Shown here: positions 10,100 to 19,826 of the stretch, one piece after another
Layout: each line of letters begins with the position of its first letter
Numbering within the stretch: the first letter of the stretch is position 1
Origin: Candidatus Latescibacterota bacterium
Lineage (GTDB): Bacteria > JAAXHH01
Direction: 5' to 3'
Assembly: GCA_022822725.1 (NCBI GenBank)
Contig: JAJEAN010000007.1
Span: 1,125,045-1,189,044, forward strand
Length of the DNA stretch: 64,000 nucleotides
Made by a program: the position numbers and the translations under genes
Notes under the pieces: model-generated
The model's input: only the letters and a program-made list of their open reading frames with translations
The model's database searches: none
What the model was told of the DNA's origin: nothing

Positions 10100-10981
10100 C
10101 TATGGCGCCTCCTCGCCTGGACGCTCCGCCGCTCCGGGATTCGTCTCCGGTGTGCCGCCCGTCTCCGCCGCGCCGGGATTCGTCTCCGGTGTGCCGCCCG
10201 AAACCGCCGGTTTCATCGCGTCCACGAAGGGCTTGAACAGGTCGATGGGGACGGGGAACAGCGTGGTGGAATTGTTCTCCGCCGCCACCACCGACAGCGT
10301 CTGCAGGTAACGTAACTGAATGGCGACGGGATGGGTGCCCATGACGTGGGCGGCTTCAGAGAGTTTCTCCGCGGCCTGCTGCTCGCCCAGGGCATTGATG
10401 ACCTTTGCCCGGCGTTCCCGTTCCGCCTCCGCCTGCTTGGCCATGGCGCGCTGCATCTCGATGGGCAGGTCGACGTTCTTGATGACGACCATGGACACCT
10501 TGATTCCCCAGGGTTCGGTTTGCTGGTCCAGCAGGATCTGCAGGTCCTCGTTGATCTTGTCCCGGTTGGACAGCAAATCGTCCAGTTCCACCTGCCCGAG
10601 TACGCTCCGCAGCGAGGTCTGGGCCAGCTGGTGGGTCGCCTGCAGGAAATCCTCCACCTCGGTGATCGCCCGTTCGGGATCAATGACCCGGAAGTATATC
10701 ACCGCGTTGACCTTGATGGACACGTTGTCCCGGGTAATCACGTCCTGGGCCGGCACGTCCTTGGTTACGGTACGCAGGCTGACCTTTTCCATTTTGTCGA
10801 TACCGGGGATCAGGATAATGATACCGGGTCCGTTCTTCCCGATGAGGGCCTTGGAAAGCCGACCCAGCCGGAATATCACACCCCGCTCGTACTCGCGGAG
10901 TATCTTGACCGCGTTGGTGAAGAGTATGATGAGGATCAGGATGATTACGATCGTCGACAGCTGAAATCCGTCAAAGAACAT
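10100..10981 (-). CDS. SPFH/band-7 (stomatin-like) membrane protein
   Basis: Band-7 core (..[33 protein letters not shown]..) followed by a coiled-coil region. The likely start is MFFDGFQ at 10981. The C-terminal tail carries a 13 aa duplication. Confidence 0.85.
   Translation of the reverse strand: MFFDGFQLSTIVIILILIILFTNAVKILREYERGVIFRLGRLSKALIGKNGPGIIILIPGIDKMEKVSLRTVTKDVPAQDVITRDNVSIKVNAVIYFRVIDPERAITEVEDFLQATHQLAQTSLRSVLGQVELDDLLSNRDKINEDLQILLDQQTEPWGIKVSMVVIKNVDLPIEMQRAMAKQAEAERERRAKVINALGEQQAAEKLSEAAHVMGTHPVAIQLRYLQTLSVVAAENNSTTLFPVPIDLFKPFVDAMKPAVSGGTPETNPGAAETGGTPETNPGAAERPGEEAP
10128..10205. repeat. 39 bp x2 in-frame tandem duplication in the SPFH gene 3' end
   Basis: gccgctccgggattcgtctccggtgtgccgcccgtctcc and gccgcgccgggattcgtctccggtgtgccgcccgaaacc, encoding [12 protein letters not shown] x2. 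Confidence 0.85.
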
Positions 10982-10997
10982 GGGCGTCCTCCCCTTA

Positions 10998-12305
10998 TTA
11001 CGTTGCGTCCGTATCTGAAACCAGGCTTTCCACCTTGAGTCGCAGGCCATTGACCTCCACTACCCGAACCGGCGTGTCGGGCTCGATGGGCGTTTCGCTC
11101 GTGGCGAACCAGTATTCGCCGTGGACGAACACCTTGCCGTTTCTACGATCCACGGCCGTGTGGGCGCGGCCGGACTCGCCGATCAGTCCCTGGCTGCCCG
11201 TAGTCGTGCGCCGCTTCTGGGCCTTCAGCGCATAACCCACGGCGAATAGCGTGAAGGCCGCGGTCGTGATCACGGCCGGAATGATGGCATACAGGGAAAT
11301 GCGCAGATAGGGATCGGGCGAATCGATGAGCATCATCGAACCGATCGTGAAGGAAACGGCGCCGCCGAGGGTCAGAAGGCCCCCGCTGACCACGAACAGT
11401 TCCGTGACGAACAACCCCAATCCGAGCAGGAGCAGCAGAAGCCCCGCGTAATTGATGGGCAGCGTCTGCAGGGCGAATAGCCCGATGACAATGCACATGC
11501 CGCCCACGACGCCGGGGAAAATGGCCCCGGGGTTGATGAACTCGTAGATGAGTCCGTAGAACCCGAGCATCATCAGGAGATAGGCTATATTTGGATTGGA
11601 GAGCACGTTCAGTACCCGGTGATGCCAGCTCATTTCCCTGATCTGTATCTCGGCGTCCTTCGTGCGCAACACCCGGCTGCCTTCCCGGACCTCAACGACG
11701 GTTCCGTCGATCCGAACTAGCAGGGAGTCCAGCGTGGCGACGTTCAGGTCCACCACGTTTTGCTCCACGGCTTCCCGGTCGGTCAGGGCCTCGGCCTTAC
11801 GCACCGCCAGCTCCGCCCAGTCCGCGTTCCGGCCGTGCTTGTCGGCGATGGACCGGATATAGCTCACGGAGAAGTTCTCGACCTTCTCCTGCATGGTCGA
11901 GTCCGCGACCGCACCGCCGATCCCCACCGGGCTGGCCGCGCCGATACTCGTGCCCGGCGCCATGGCGGCGACGTGGGCGCTCATGGTGATGAAGACGCCC
12001 GCGGACCCGGCGCCCGCGCCACTGGGCGCCACGTAGACCACTACAGGTACGTTGGACGCGAGCATTTCCTTGATGATCAACTGGGTGGACTCGAGGAGTC
12101 CTCCGGGTGTGTCGAGCATGATCACCAGGCATTCCGACCGGTCGTCTTCCGCGCGTCCGATCGCCGCGGTAACGTGCTGGACGCTGACCGGACCGATCGG
12201 GCCGGTCAGCCGGATGACGTCGACCCGGGATGCCGCGGCGTCCGCGCCCGGCCAGGCCAGCCCGAAGGCCAGCAGGATGCATTGGAGGGTTCGTATCGGG
12301 TTCAT
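10998..12305 (-). CDS. NfeD-family membrane-bound ClpP-class serine protease
   Basis: Signal peptide, ClpP/crotonase-fold N-terminal domain ([14 protein letters not shown]), four TM helices and a C-terminal OB domain. This is the classical partner of the SPFH gene immediately downstream. Confidence 0.85.
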   Translation of the reverse strand: MNPIRTLQCILLAFGLAWPGADAAASRVDVIRLTGPIGPVSVQHVTAAIGRAEDDRSECLVIMLDTPGGLLESTQLIIKEMLASNVPVVVYVAPSGAGAGSAGVFITMSAHVAAMAPGTSIGAASPVGIGGAVADSTMQEKVENFSVSYIRSIADKHGRNADWAELAVRKAEALTDREAVEQNVVDLNVATLDSLLVRIDGTVVEVREGSRVLRTKDAEIQIREMSWHHRVLNVLSNPNIAYLLMMLGFYGLIYEFINPGAIFPGVVGGMCIVIGLFALQTLPINYAGLLLLLLGLGLFVTELFVVSGGLLTLGGAVSFTIGSMMLIDSPDPYLRISLYAIIPAVITTAAFTLFAVGYALKAQKRRTTTGSQGLIGESGRAHTAVDRRNGKVFVHGEYWFATSETPIEPDTPVRVVEVNGLRLKVESLVSDTDAT

Positions 12306-12316
12306 GGTGGACGTGT

Positions 12317-12395
12317 CCGGTTGGTTCGTGAATGATTGGTGCGTGAACGATTGGTGCGTGAACGGTAACGGCCGGTTGGTTCGTGAACGGTAACG
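12317..12395. repeat. Intergenic array of four GTGAAC(G)-containing direct repeats upstream of nfeD
   Basis: ttcgtgaa (12326), gcgtgaac (12341), gcgtgaac (12356) and ttcgtgaac (12381), spaced about 15 bp apart. Confidence 0.7.
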
Positions 12396-12402
12396 ACGGC
12401 GG

Positions 12403-14442
12403 TTACGGCCGGTGATTCGGATTGAGCAGGTGAACGAGCTGGACGGCCTGGAACAGCGCGGCCGGTTCGATCTGGGGCCTGAGCGACCGGCGCCGCGGGA
12501 ACAGCGTGGTTTCTCCCATCATGGGCGGCGCCACCACGACTTCAACCTGGCCCGGGTTTATGCGAATGTTCCGCCTCGGACACTTGGGCCATATGGAATG
12601 AATGCCCCTGAAAGCCATGGGAATGATGACCACGTCGGGCGGAATCTTGCTGAAAAGTCCGTGTTGCAGGGGTATGGACTGGATGTCGAAGGCCGCCGTG
12701 GTCCCGGCGGCGTAGATGATGCCCGGCCGTTCTTCCAGCAGCCCGGCGAATCGCTGGGTCGCGTTGTTGGTATCTCCCGCGCGGGGCAGGACCACGTAGC
12801 CGTCGACCTCCTCGAGCAACCGGTCGAATTCCGCGGCGTTCACGCCGAACAGGGTCGTGCTCCATGAACCCAGGCGCAGCGTCACGTACTCCGTCAGTCC
12901 CGACCGGGACAGGATGGTGCATGGACGGGAGTCTTCCCAGCCCAGGGCGTCAAGCAGGACGCGGGACTGCAGCACCTTGTACATGACGGGATGGTCGAAG
13001 ACGCTCTGGTGGGTCGGAAAGAAAAGAACCTTGTACCGCCCCTCGTTGAGCTTGAGCACGCGGGCCAGCTCGCCGACCATCGGATCGACGTGGACCTTGA
13101 CCGTGATGCCGAAGATCTTCAGAGTCCTGTCGGCCCAGGTGAGACTGTTGTACCAGGCCGCTTCGAGCCGTTCCCGCTCGTCCCCGTGCTCCTCCTCGAT
13201 GGCGAGTTTGTTCCTGACGTACCGCCACGAGGCGCCGATCCACCGGGTCAGCCGGGTGGCGCGCTTGACGGGAGAATACCGGGCGTTTAGCCCTACGTGC
13301 GGATACTCCAGGAAATGGCCTGCGGCGGTCCGGTCCAGCAGGGGCGGCACCACCATGGGTTCCAGCATGGAGGAGAGTTCATCGGGGATTTTCGCCTTCT
13401 CCTCCTCATTGTCCTTCATGTGCTGATTGATCCGGTATATGACCAGGTTGCACTTGTCCATCAGGGCATGAGTCAGGTCGATCATGTCCCGGGTCAGGCT
13501 CGTATAGTGATGGCCGTACCAGTATCCGGTAGGCTTAAGCTGCGCGGGGTTCTCCTGGTGCGCCTGGAAGAACTCCACCATCATGGCCTGACCGAGCAGG
13601 ATGTCCTCCTGAACGCCGTCGATCTTGCGCTGGATATACTTGCTCGGGACGTGCCGGCGACAGAACTCGGCCAGCAGTTCGGCGTCGCTGATGATCTTCC
13701 AGACCGCGCAGCCGAACCACGCGAAGTTGGTATACGTATTGTAGCGCACGGCAAGCAGTTCACCGGCGGCCAGGTATTCGAGCGTCTTCTGCGCGGTGTT
13801 GTGGAAAATCTCTCTCAGCGTGGAGAGGGTTTCCTTGCCATCAAGCGTGCAGGGATAGGTAGCCTGCCAGATGGGGTCGTCCTCCGGAACGATGTCTTTG
13901 AGCTTCTCGGCGACAGGCTGGGCATGGGACAGGGGCACGCGGGAAAGTCTTGCCCCGGCCAGCGCGGCCTCGCCTTCGTCCGGGGTAAACAGGTTGCTCG
14001 CCCGGAGCGCTTCGACATAGACCGTCTGGTAAAGCTCGAGGAACTGGGCGGTGGCGTCCGGATCCTTCTGCAGGAACTGCTCCCGCACACGGGCGTACAA
14101 CTGGACCGACTGGTAGTAGTCGGGGGCGACCCGCCGGAACTGGTCGTAGGCCTCGCCCATCCGCTGGTCGCGCAGGCGGGGTACCCCTTCGTATATCGCG
14201 CCGATCAGTTTCGCGCGGTAGCCCAGACCTTCCAGCCCGATCGTTCCACCGGGCGTCCGCGAAGGCGGCCACTTCAGCAGTTCCGGATCGACGCCTTCGA
14301 AGTAGCCTTCACTGTTCGCCAGGTCCAGCACGCCCTGTGCGGCCTGGTCGTAGACCGTGAGCAGGACATCCACGTTCCTGATCAGCGTCTGGTGATCGAA
14401 CCAGATCGAAGCGGGATCGATTTTCCGGGTCGCGGTGTTCAT
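12403..14442 (-). CDS. Hypothetical 679 aa protein with a C-terminal GPAT/PlsB-like acyltransferase domain
   Basis: HX4D acyltransferase motif FFPTHQSVFDHPV; motif III-like IYAAGTTAAFD; motif IV-like VVIIPMAFRG. The N-terminal ~430 aa has no domain I recognise. The antisense + ORF 13297..14598 is compositionally biased and rejected. Confidence 0.6.
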   Translation of the reverse strand: MNTATRKIDPASIWFDHQTLIRNVDVLLTVYDQAAQGVLDLANSEGYFEGVDPELLKWPPSRTPGGTIGLEGLGYRAKLIGAIYEGVPRLRDQRMGEAYDQFRRVAPDYYQSVQLYARVREQFLQKDPDATAQFLELYQTVYVEALRASNLFTPDEGEAALAGARLSRVPLSHAQPVAEKLKDIVPEDDPIWQATYPCTLDGKETLSTLREIFHNTAQKTLEYLAAGELLAVRYNTYTNFAWFGCAVWKIISDAELLAEFCRRHVPSKYIQRKIDGVQEDILLGQAMMVEFFQAHQENPAQLKPTGYWYGHHYTSLTRDMIDLTHALMDKCNLVIYRINQHMKDNEEEKAKIPDELSSMLEPMVVPPLLDRTAAGHFLEYPHVGLNARYSPVKRATRLTRWIGASWRYVRNKLAIEEEHGDERERLEAAWYNSLTWADRTLKIFGITVKVHVDPMVGELARVLKLNEGRYKVLFFPTHQSVFDHPVMYKVLQSRVLLDALGWEDSRPCTILSRSGLTEYVTLRLGSWSTTLFGVNAAEFDRLLEEVDGYVVLPRAGDTNNATQRFAGLLEERPGIIYAAGTTAAFDIQSIPLQHGLFSKIPPDVVIIPMAFRGIHSIWPKCPRRNIRINPGQVEVVVAPPMMGETTLFPRRRSLRPQIEPAALFQAVQLVHLLNPNHRP

Positions 14443-14454
14443 GTCGGGTTCCTG

Positions 14455-15918
14455 TCAGCCCTGCGCGCCGTCCAGCGGATAGAGTTTCCTGCCAAGGCGG
14501 CGATAGGTGACCGCGCCGGCGTCATGGACGCCCGGTTCGGTGACCACGTGGATCGCACCCGCCCAGGGTTCGAATCCGGCCCGGAAGTGGGCCGATGACT
14601 TGACGCCGATGTAACGCATCTCCCTGGGATCCAGGCCGAGAGATTCCGAAAACGCCGTGTCGAAGGGCTGCTCGCGATCGTTCACGAGAATGACGTGTAC
14701 GCCTTCCTGCCGGATATGGGCCGACGGTCCCATCCTGCCCTCCAGGCCCGCGAGCATGGGGCCGTGGTACCGGAACCTGCCGTCCGACAGGGCCAGCACC
14801 TCCGCCGTCATGGTCACCGGTTTACCCTGCAGCGGCGTGGATTTACCCCCGACGTCCAGCGTAACCGTGGCGCCCACACCGGCGTCCATGCACCGGTCCA
14901 CGGACTCGGGGTCGACGATGTACAGGACGCAGGCGTCTTCGAGTCCGGCCTCGATAAACGTGCGCAGCATGGCCGTGCTGTCACCCGGTGAGCCGCCGCC
15001 CGTATTGTCGTTCCGGTCCGCCAGCACGGCGGGGAAAAGGCCCTCCTCGTGGACCCGTACCAGCGTCTCCTTCGTCGACGGCATGGGGTAATGCCAGTCG
15101 GCCCGCCTGTCGTACAGCCAGGTTCCCAGTTCGTCGGCGTAACGCTGGGCCGTCTCCTGATCGTCGTCCGTAACGATGTACACAGACGCGCCCATGTGGG
15201 GTATATCCGCCAGCGGGAAACAGGTGGCGATCGACCCGCAGACGACACCGGGCCTCGATTCGATTTCATGCAGGTAGTCGATCGCCTCCTTCATGGGCGA
15301 ATGGGCCGTCACCTGGTTCATGCCCCAGACCATGGGGATCTGGTGCAGCGCCATGGTGGGCCGCAAGCCTTCCTGCAGGATCCGGACGAGCACATCGGCG
15401 CATTCCCGCCCCCGCGGCGCCATGTCCACCTCCGGGTAGGACTCCCGGCCGATCAGCACGTCGGCCTGCTCGACCATCAGCGGGGTCATGTTGGAATGGA
15501 TATCGAGCTGGCCTACTATGGGCACGTCACCGACGAGATCCCGGACGGCGGAGAGGATGTACCCTTCGCCGTCGTCGATGCCTTCGGCCACCATGGCGCC
15601 GTGCAGTTCAAGCAGCACGCCGTCGAAGGGACCCGCGTTTCGAAAACCTTCCAGCATCTCGTCGACGATCTCGTCGAAGAGCGCCCGTGGCGTGGGACCG
15701 CTCGGATGGGGTTCGGCCACGATCGTGGGGATCAATTCGAACCCGTGGGATTCCGCGCCTTCGATGAAGCCGCCCGTGGGCTTGTTCGCACCACGGAACG
15801 CCCTGAGGATCTCGCCGCCTCGCAGGCCTCCGTACCGTTCCTGGTAGTTCCTCCGGGTGGTCTCCACGGTCGTAAACGTGCTCGTCTCGTGGGAGATGAC
15901 TCCGGTTACGACGCGCAT
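14455..15918 (-). CDS. M81-family metallopeptidase (MlrC/microcystinase-C-like, DUF1485+DUF1446)
   Basis: 487 aa; the N- and C-terminal halves resemble the MlrC family. Confidence 0.7.
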   Translation of the reverse strand: MRVVTGVISHETSTFTTVETTRRNYQERYGGLRGGEILRAFRGANKPTGGFIEGAESHGFELIPTIVAEPHPSGPTPRALFDEIVDEMLEGFRNAGPFDGVLLELHGAMVAEGIDDGEGYILSAVRDLVGDVPIVGQLDIHSNMTPLMVEQADVLIGRESYPEVDMAPRGRECADVLVRILQEGLRPTMALHQIPMVWGMNQVTAHSPMKEAIDYLHEIESRPGVVCGSIATCFPLADIPHMGASVYIVTDDDQETAQRYADELGTWLYDRRADWHYPMPSTKETLVRVHEEGLFPAVLADRNDNTGGGSPGDSTAMLRTFIEAGLEDACVLYIVDPESVDRCMDAGVGATVTLDVGGKSTPLQGKPVTMTAEVLALSDGRFRYHGPMLAGLEGRMGPSAHIRQEGVHVILVNDREQPFDTAFSESLGLDPREMRYIGVKSSAHFRAGFEPWAGAIHVVTEPGVHDAGAVTYRRLGRKLYPLDGAQG

Positions 15919-15934
15919 TCGACCCCCTGCCGTT

Positions 15935-16303
15935 TCATGCCCGATATATACCGTAGACGAGAAGCAGCCAGCCGACGATGAACGCCACCCCGCCCAGTGG
16001 GGTCACGGCACCCAGCCACCGTACGCCTGTGAGACTCAACACGTACAGGCTGCCGGAAAACAACACCGTGCCCGCGATGAACGCCCATCCCGCGGCCGGT
16101 GAGACGGTATCCGGCCAGCGCGAGACCGCCCAAGCCGCGAAGAGCAGGCCGAAGGCATGATACATCTGGTACCTGACAGCGGTCTCGAAGATCTCCAGCA
16201 TTTCCGGTGGGATCCGGTCCTTCAGTCCATGGGCGCCGAACGCCCCGGCGACCACGCCCAGGAGCGCTGAGATACCACCGGATATGGCAAAAAGCTTTTC
16301 CAT
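15935..16303 (-). CDS. DUF423 family small membrane protein
   Basis: 122 aa with four TM helices (GAFGAHGL..). Confidence 0.7.
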   Translation of the reverse strand: MEKLFAISGGISALLGVVAGAFGAHGLKDRIPPEMLEIFETAVRYQMYHAFGLLFAAWAVSRWPDTVSPAAGWAFIAGTVLFSGSLYVLSLTGVRWLGAVTPLGGVAFIVGWLLLVYGIYRA

Positions 16304-16306
16304 AGC

Positions 16307-17083
16307 CTACCAGATCGGGGCCAGCCAACCGCCGTCCACAGGGAGGGCGGTACCGGTTATCCATTCGGCGTCGTCCGACGCGAAGAACACGCAGGCCCGG
16401 CCGATGTCTTTCGGCAGTCCGAGCCGGGGCAGGGGGGTCTTCTCCAGCGCCTCGTCGACCTGGTCCTGGGTCAGGTAGTCCTGGATGGGCGTCTCGATAT
16501 AGCCCGGACAGACCGCATTGGCGGTAATGCCGCGCGGCGCCAGTTCGACCGCCGTGTCGCGCGTCAGATTGACGACGCCGGCCTTGGCGGGTGCGTACGC
16601 CGGTCCTCCGCCGCCGTGGAAGGCGTGCACGGACGCGATGTTGATGATCCGTCCCGCGCGGGATTCCTTCAGGTGCGGCACGGCCGCGCGCGTAGTCAGG
16701 AACAGGGCCCGCAGATTCACGCCCATGACGCGGTCCCACGTCTCGACCGGGGTCGTCTGGCTGTCGCCCAGGGTGAAGATACCCGCGTTGTTGACCAGGA
16801 TATCCAGGCCGCCAAAGGCCTCCAGCGTCCGGTCGACCAGTCGGTTGACGGCCGATTCGTCCGACACGTCGGCCTGCACGAAGAGTCCGTCGGAACCCAT
16901 CTCCTTCAAGGCCGCCACGGTGGGCGTCGTCACGTCCTGGTCATGGTACTTTCCCGGTCTCGGCCGTTCGACGAGGTCGCAGACCACGACGCTGGCCCCT
17001 TCCCTGGCCAGTTCGATGCATATACCTCGCCCTATACCGGAACTGCCGCCCGTGACGATAGCGACCCGACTTTCGAGTTTCAA
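16307..17083 (-). CDS. SDR family oxidoreductase
   Basis: TGGSSGIGRG, NNAG and YxxxK (YAPAKAG). Confidence 0.85.
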   Translation of the reverse strand: MKLESRVAIVTGGSSGIGRGICIELAREGASVVVCDLVERPRPGKYHDQDVTTPTVAALKEMGSDGLFVQADVSDESAVNRLVDRTLEAFGGLDILVNNAGIFTLGDSQTTPVETWDRVMGVNLRALFLTTRAAVPHLKESRAGRIINIASVHAFHGGGGPAYAPAKAGVVNLTRDTAVELAPRGITANAVCPGYIETPIQDYLTQDQVDEALEKTPLPRLGLPKDIGRACVFFASDDAEWITGTALPVDGGWLAPIW

Positions 17084-17182
17084 GAGGTCCTCAGTCTAAC
17101 CTGGTAAGCGAACCGGAAAACGTTCTCACATGGAATGTAACCAGATCGAAAAACCGAGGCAAGGCAAGTGTTTATAAATGGA

Positions 17183-17211
17183 TTGCATTTTCTGAAATCC
17201 TCCTTAGTAAT
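17183..17211 (+). promoter_or_regulatory. Candidate sigma70-type promoter upstream of the enolase-superfamily gene
   Basis: TTGCAT at 17183-17188, a 17 nt spacer, then AGTAAT/TAGTAA within an AT-rich island. A GGAGG SD precedes the ATG at 17267. Confidence 0.3.
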
Positions 17212-17266
17212 ATAGGTTTCACGCCAGTCCCGACCCTACCGTCCCTTATCACCGCAGGAGGATTCC

Positions 17267-18526
17267 ATGAAGATCACGCACGCCGAACGTACGGCGCTGA
17301 ACGTGCCGTTCTACGCCCCGCACGTCGATCACGCCATGGCCCGGGCGAACACCCACAACGAGCGCGTCTGGGTGTACCGGCTGGAGACCGACAACGGCCT
17401 GGTCAGCATCACCGACGGCCACGGCGCCTCGGATACGGCCGGACTGGTCGGCAAGGACCCCTGGACCATTATGTGGGACGACGAAATCGGTTTCGGACCG
17501 CAGATCGCCGTATTCGACCTGTGCGGGAAGGATGCCGGGGTGCCCGTGCACGCTCTGCTGGGCAACAAGCTGCGGGACCGATGCCCCCTTTCGTGGTGGG
17601 ATATCGACATGGCGCCCGAGGACTGGGTCAAGGAGGCCGAGGAGTCCCTGCGGCGCGGCTACACGTCCTTCAAGATGAAGGCGCGGCCCTGGCGCGACAT
17701 CATCGCCCAGATCGACGCGGTGAGCGAGGTCGTCCCGGCCGACTACCGGTTCGACGTGGACTTCAACGGATTTCTCCTCACCCAGGCGAAAGCGGAGCAG
17801 ATCCTGTCCCAGCTCGACAAGCGGGTGAATGTAGGCATATACGAAAGCCCCTTTTACCTGCGCAAAGACCTCAAAGGCGCGCAGTTGCTCCGGGAACGCA
17901 TCCAGAAGCCCATCGTGGAACACTTCGGCGACGACGTCTGGCACGCGGAGGTCAGTGACGGATTCGTGGTCGGCGGCGGCGCCACGGGGACCATGCGGCA
18001 GGGCATCATGGCGGCCGCGTTGAACAAGCCCTTCTGGCTCCAGATGGTGGGCGCCGGCCTGACCACCACTTTCGCCGCCCACATCGGTTCGGTGCTGTCC
18101 CATGCCCAGCTGCCCTACATCACCTGCCACGAACTCTGGCAGACCGACCTGCTGACCGAACGGATCAAGGTGGTGGACGGGTACATGGAAGTGCCGGACA
18201 AGCCCGGTCTCGGCGTCGAGGTCGACGAGAAGGCCATCGAAACCTACGCCGTCGACGACGACGAACCCACGGCGGTGCAACGCTACCGGAGCAAGAAGCG
18301 CATCCTGCGCGTGGTCTGGCCGGGTATCGCCGGCAAACAGCGGGTCTGGGAGTTCACCGACGAGAGCATCTACCAGCCCGAATTCTACAAGGGCAATCTG
18401 CCGGGATTCGAAACGGGGGTGCACCTCGAGGTGATCGAAGACGACCAGAGCGCCGCCTTCGAGAAACGGCACGCGGAACTGACGCGGCGGGAGGCCGCTG
18501 TGGCCCGGGCGCCCAAGGGGATCTAG
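17267..18526 (+). CDS. Enolase-superfamily (MR/MLE-type) enzyme
   Basis: 419 aa with capping domain plus TIM barrel; metal-ligand-like D/E positions are present. Confidence 0.75.
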   Translation: MKITHAERTALNVPFYAPHVDHAMARANTHNERVWVYRLETDNGLVSITDGHGASDTAGLVGKDPWTIMWDDEIGFGPQIAVFDLCGKDAGVPVHALLGNKLRDRCPLSWWDIDMAPEDWVKEAEESLRRGYTSFKMKARPWRDIIAQIDAVSEVVPADYRFDVDFNGFLLTQAKAEQILSQLDKRVNVGIYESPFYLRKDLKGAQLLRERIQKPIVEHFGDDVWHAEVSDGFVVGGGATGTMRQGIMAAALNKPFWLQMVGAGLTTTFAAHIGSVLSHAQLPYITCHELWQTDLLTERIKVVDGYMEVPDKPGLGVEVDEKAIETYAVDDDEPTAVQRYRSKKRILRVVWPGIAGKQRVWEFTDESIYQPEFYKGNLPGFETGVHLEVIEDDQSAAFEKRHAELTRREAAVARAPKGI

Positions 18527-18529
18527 CCT

Positions 18530-19801
18530 TCACCGGGAACGCCTGAACGACTCTGGAATCACCCGCTGCGCCGCTTCGACCACGCGTTCTTCCACACCGT
18601 CGGCGAAGCGATTGGGCAATCCGAAATACACGGTGGCGTCGCCGGCTTCGTACCCGCCCTCCTTCCAGATCCGCCGGGAGGGTATGTAGCCGGGAAAATC
18701 GTTGGCGTACGCGCCTATCCACAACCTGGTGGGATCGTACATGCGCCTCAGTCTGACGGCATAGTCCGTGACGACCTCCCCCGCCAGGAAGACGATGGCG
18801 AGTTCATCTCCGAACGACCAGCCCTGGACCGGATAGCTGAGTGCTTCCGGGACCTTTTCGCCGCTGTCCATGCGGGTGATCCACTTCCGGGCGTGGTAGC
18901 CCGCGGCGCCTTCCTCCTCCGCCGCGGCCGTCCAGGCCTCTCGCGTAGGCAAGGCGTCGTAGGGCAGCGAGGCGTGGACCAGGCGGCACCGGATCTGTCC
19001 CGGCAAGGGGCGTCCGGGGATTTCGAGCAGGCGGTCCACTTCCCGGGCGATATCACCCCCGTGACGCCGGGAAAAGGAAAGGCCCGTGCGGGGAAAGGGA
19101 TTCGCGTTGGCGGCGCACCCGATGGTGACCAGGGCAACGGCTCCCGGGTGGTTCCGCTTGATCGATTCGGCCGCGAATCCCGCCCAGTCGCCGCACATGA
19201 AGTTGTCCGCAGGGCCGAATGTCGTGCAGTGGCTGGCATAGCTGACCCACACCGCCCTCGGGTTTCCTTCCGGATCGTCGACCCGTATCATGGGCATCAC
19301 GTGATCCACGGGTCCGATCTGCGCGCGCCGGTTGACCGCGAACCCGGCGTGTCCCTCGCTGTAACTCAGGCGGGACGGACTCCGGTTCGACAGCGCACGC
19401 AGTCCCACCTCCACGAGCCGTTCCGTCACTTCACCGGTATAGCGGTCGATATGCCGCTGGTGCGCCGCCGGGATATCCGTGCTGAACAGCATGGGCGCCG
19501 CGCCGGACAGCATGGGCGCGTTGTGGGTGTGGGTATAGCACAGGACGATGCGTTCCCGGTCAATCTTCGCCCGCCTGCCCAGTTCGCGCGCGACAGCCGC
19601 CGTCATCGATTCGGTCACGCCGCAGTTGTCCAGGGCCAGCATCAGGACCGGCCGCTCAGAGCCGAGGGCCAGGGCGCGGGCATACAGGGGCGACTTGATC
19701 TTCGCCGTTTCTTCCCTGCGTGCGCCGTAACCACTCAGGCGCACCGGGTAGTCGGGGGTTACGTCGACTTCGGACACGCCGACCGGGATCAGTTCGCTCA
19801 T
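18530..19801 (-). CDS. Neutral/alkaline ceramidase N-terminal-domain-like hydrolase
   Basis: 423 aa resembling Pfam Ceramidase_alk N-terminal domain. No signal peptide. Convergent with the preceding gene with only a 3 nt gap. Confidence 0.55.
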   Translation of the reverse strand: MSELIPVGVSEVDVTPDYPVRLSGYGARREETAKIKSPLYARALALGSERPVLMLALDNCGVTESMTAAVARELGRRAKIDRERIVLCYTHTHNAPMLSGAAPMLFSTDIPAAHQRHIDRYTGEVTERLVEVGLRALSNRSPSRLSYSEGHAGFAVNRRAQIGPVDHVMPMIRVDDPEGNPRAVWVSYASHCTTFGPADNFMCGDWAGFAAESIKRNHPGAVALVTIGCAANANPFPRTGLSFSRRHGGDIAREVDRLLEIPGRPLPGQIRCRLVHASLPYDALPTREAWTAAAEEEGAAGYHARKWITRMDSGEKVPEALSYPVQGWSFGDELAIVFLAGEVVTDYAVRLRRMYDPTRLWIGAYANDFPGYIPSRRIWKEGGYEAGDATVYFGLPNRFADGVEERVVEAAQRVIPESFRRSR

Positions 19802-19826
19802 CGGTCTTCCCTGCCTTTCGTGGCGA

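Noticed and set aside
13297-14598. 433 aa + strand ORF
   Set aside because: Antisense to the acyltransferase-domain gene. It has no motifs and biased composition.
17249-18472. 407 aa - strand ORF
   Set aside because: Antisense to the enolase-superfamily gene, which has clear MR/MLE features on the + strand.
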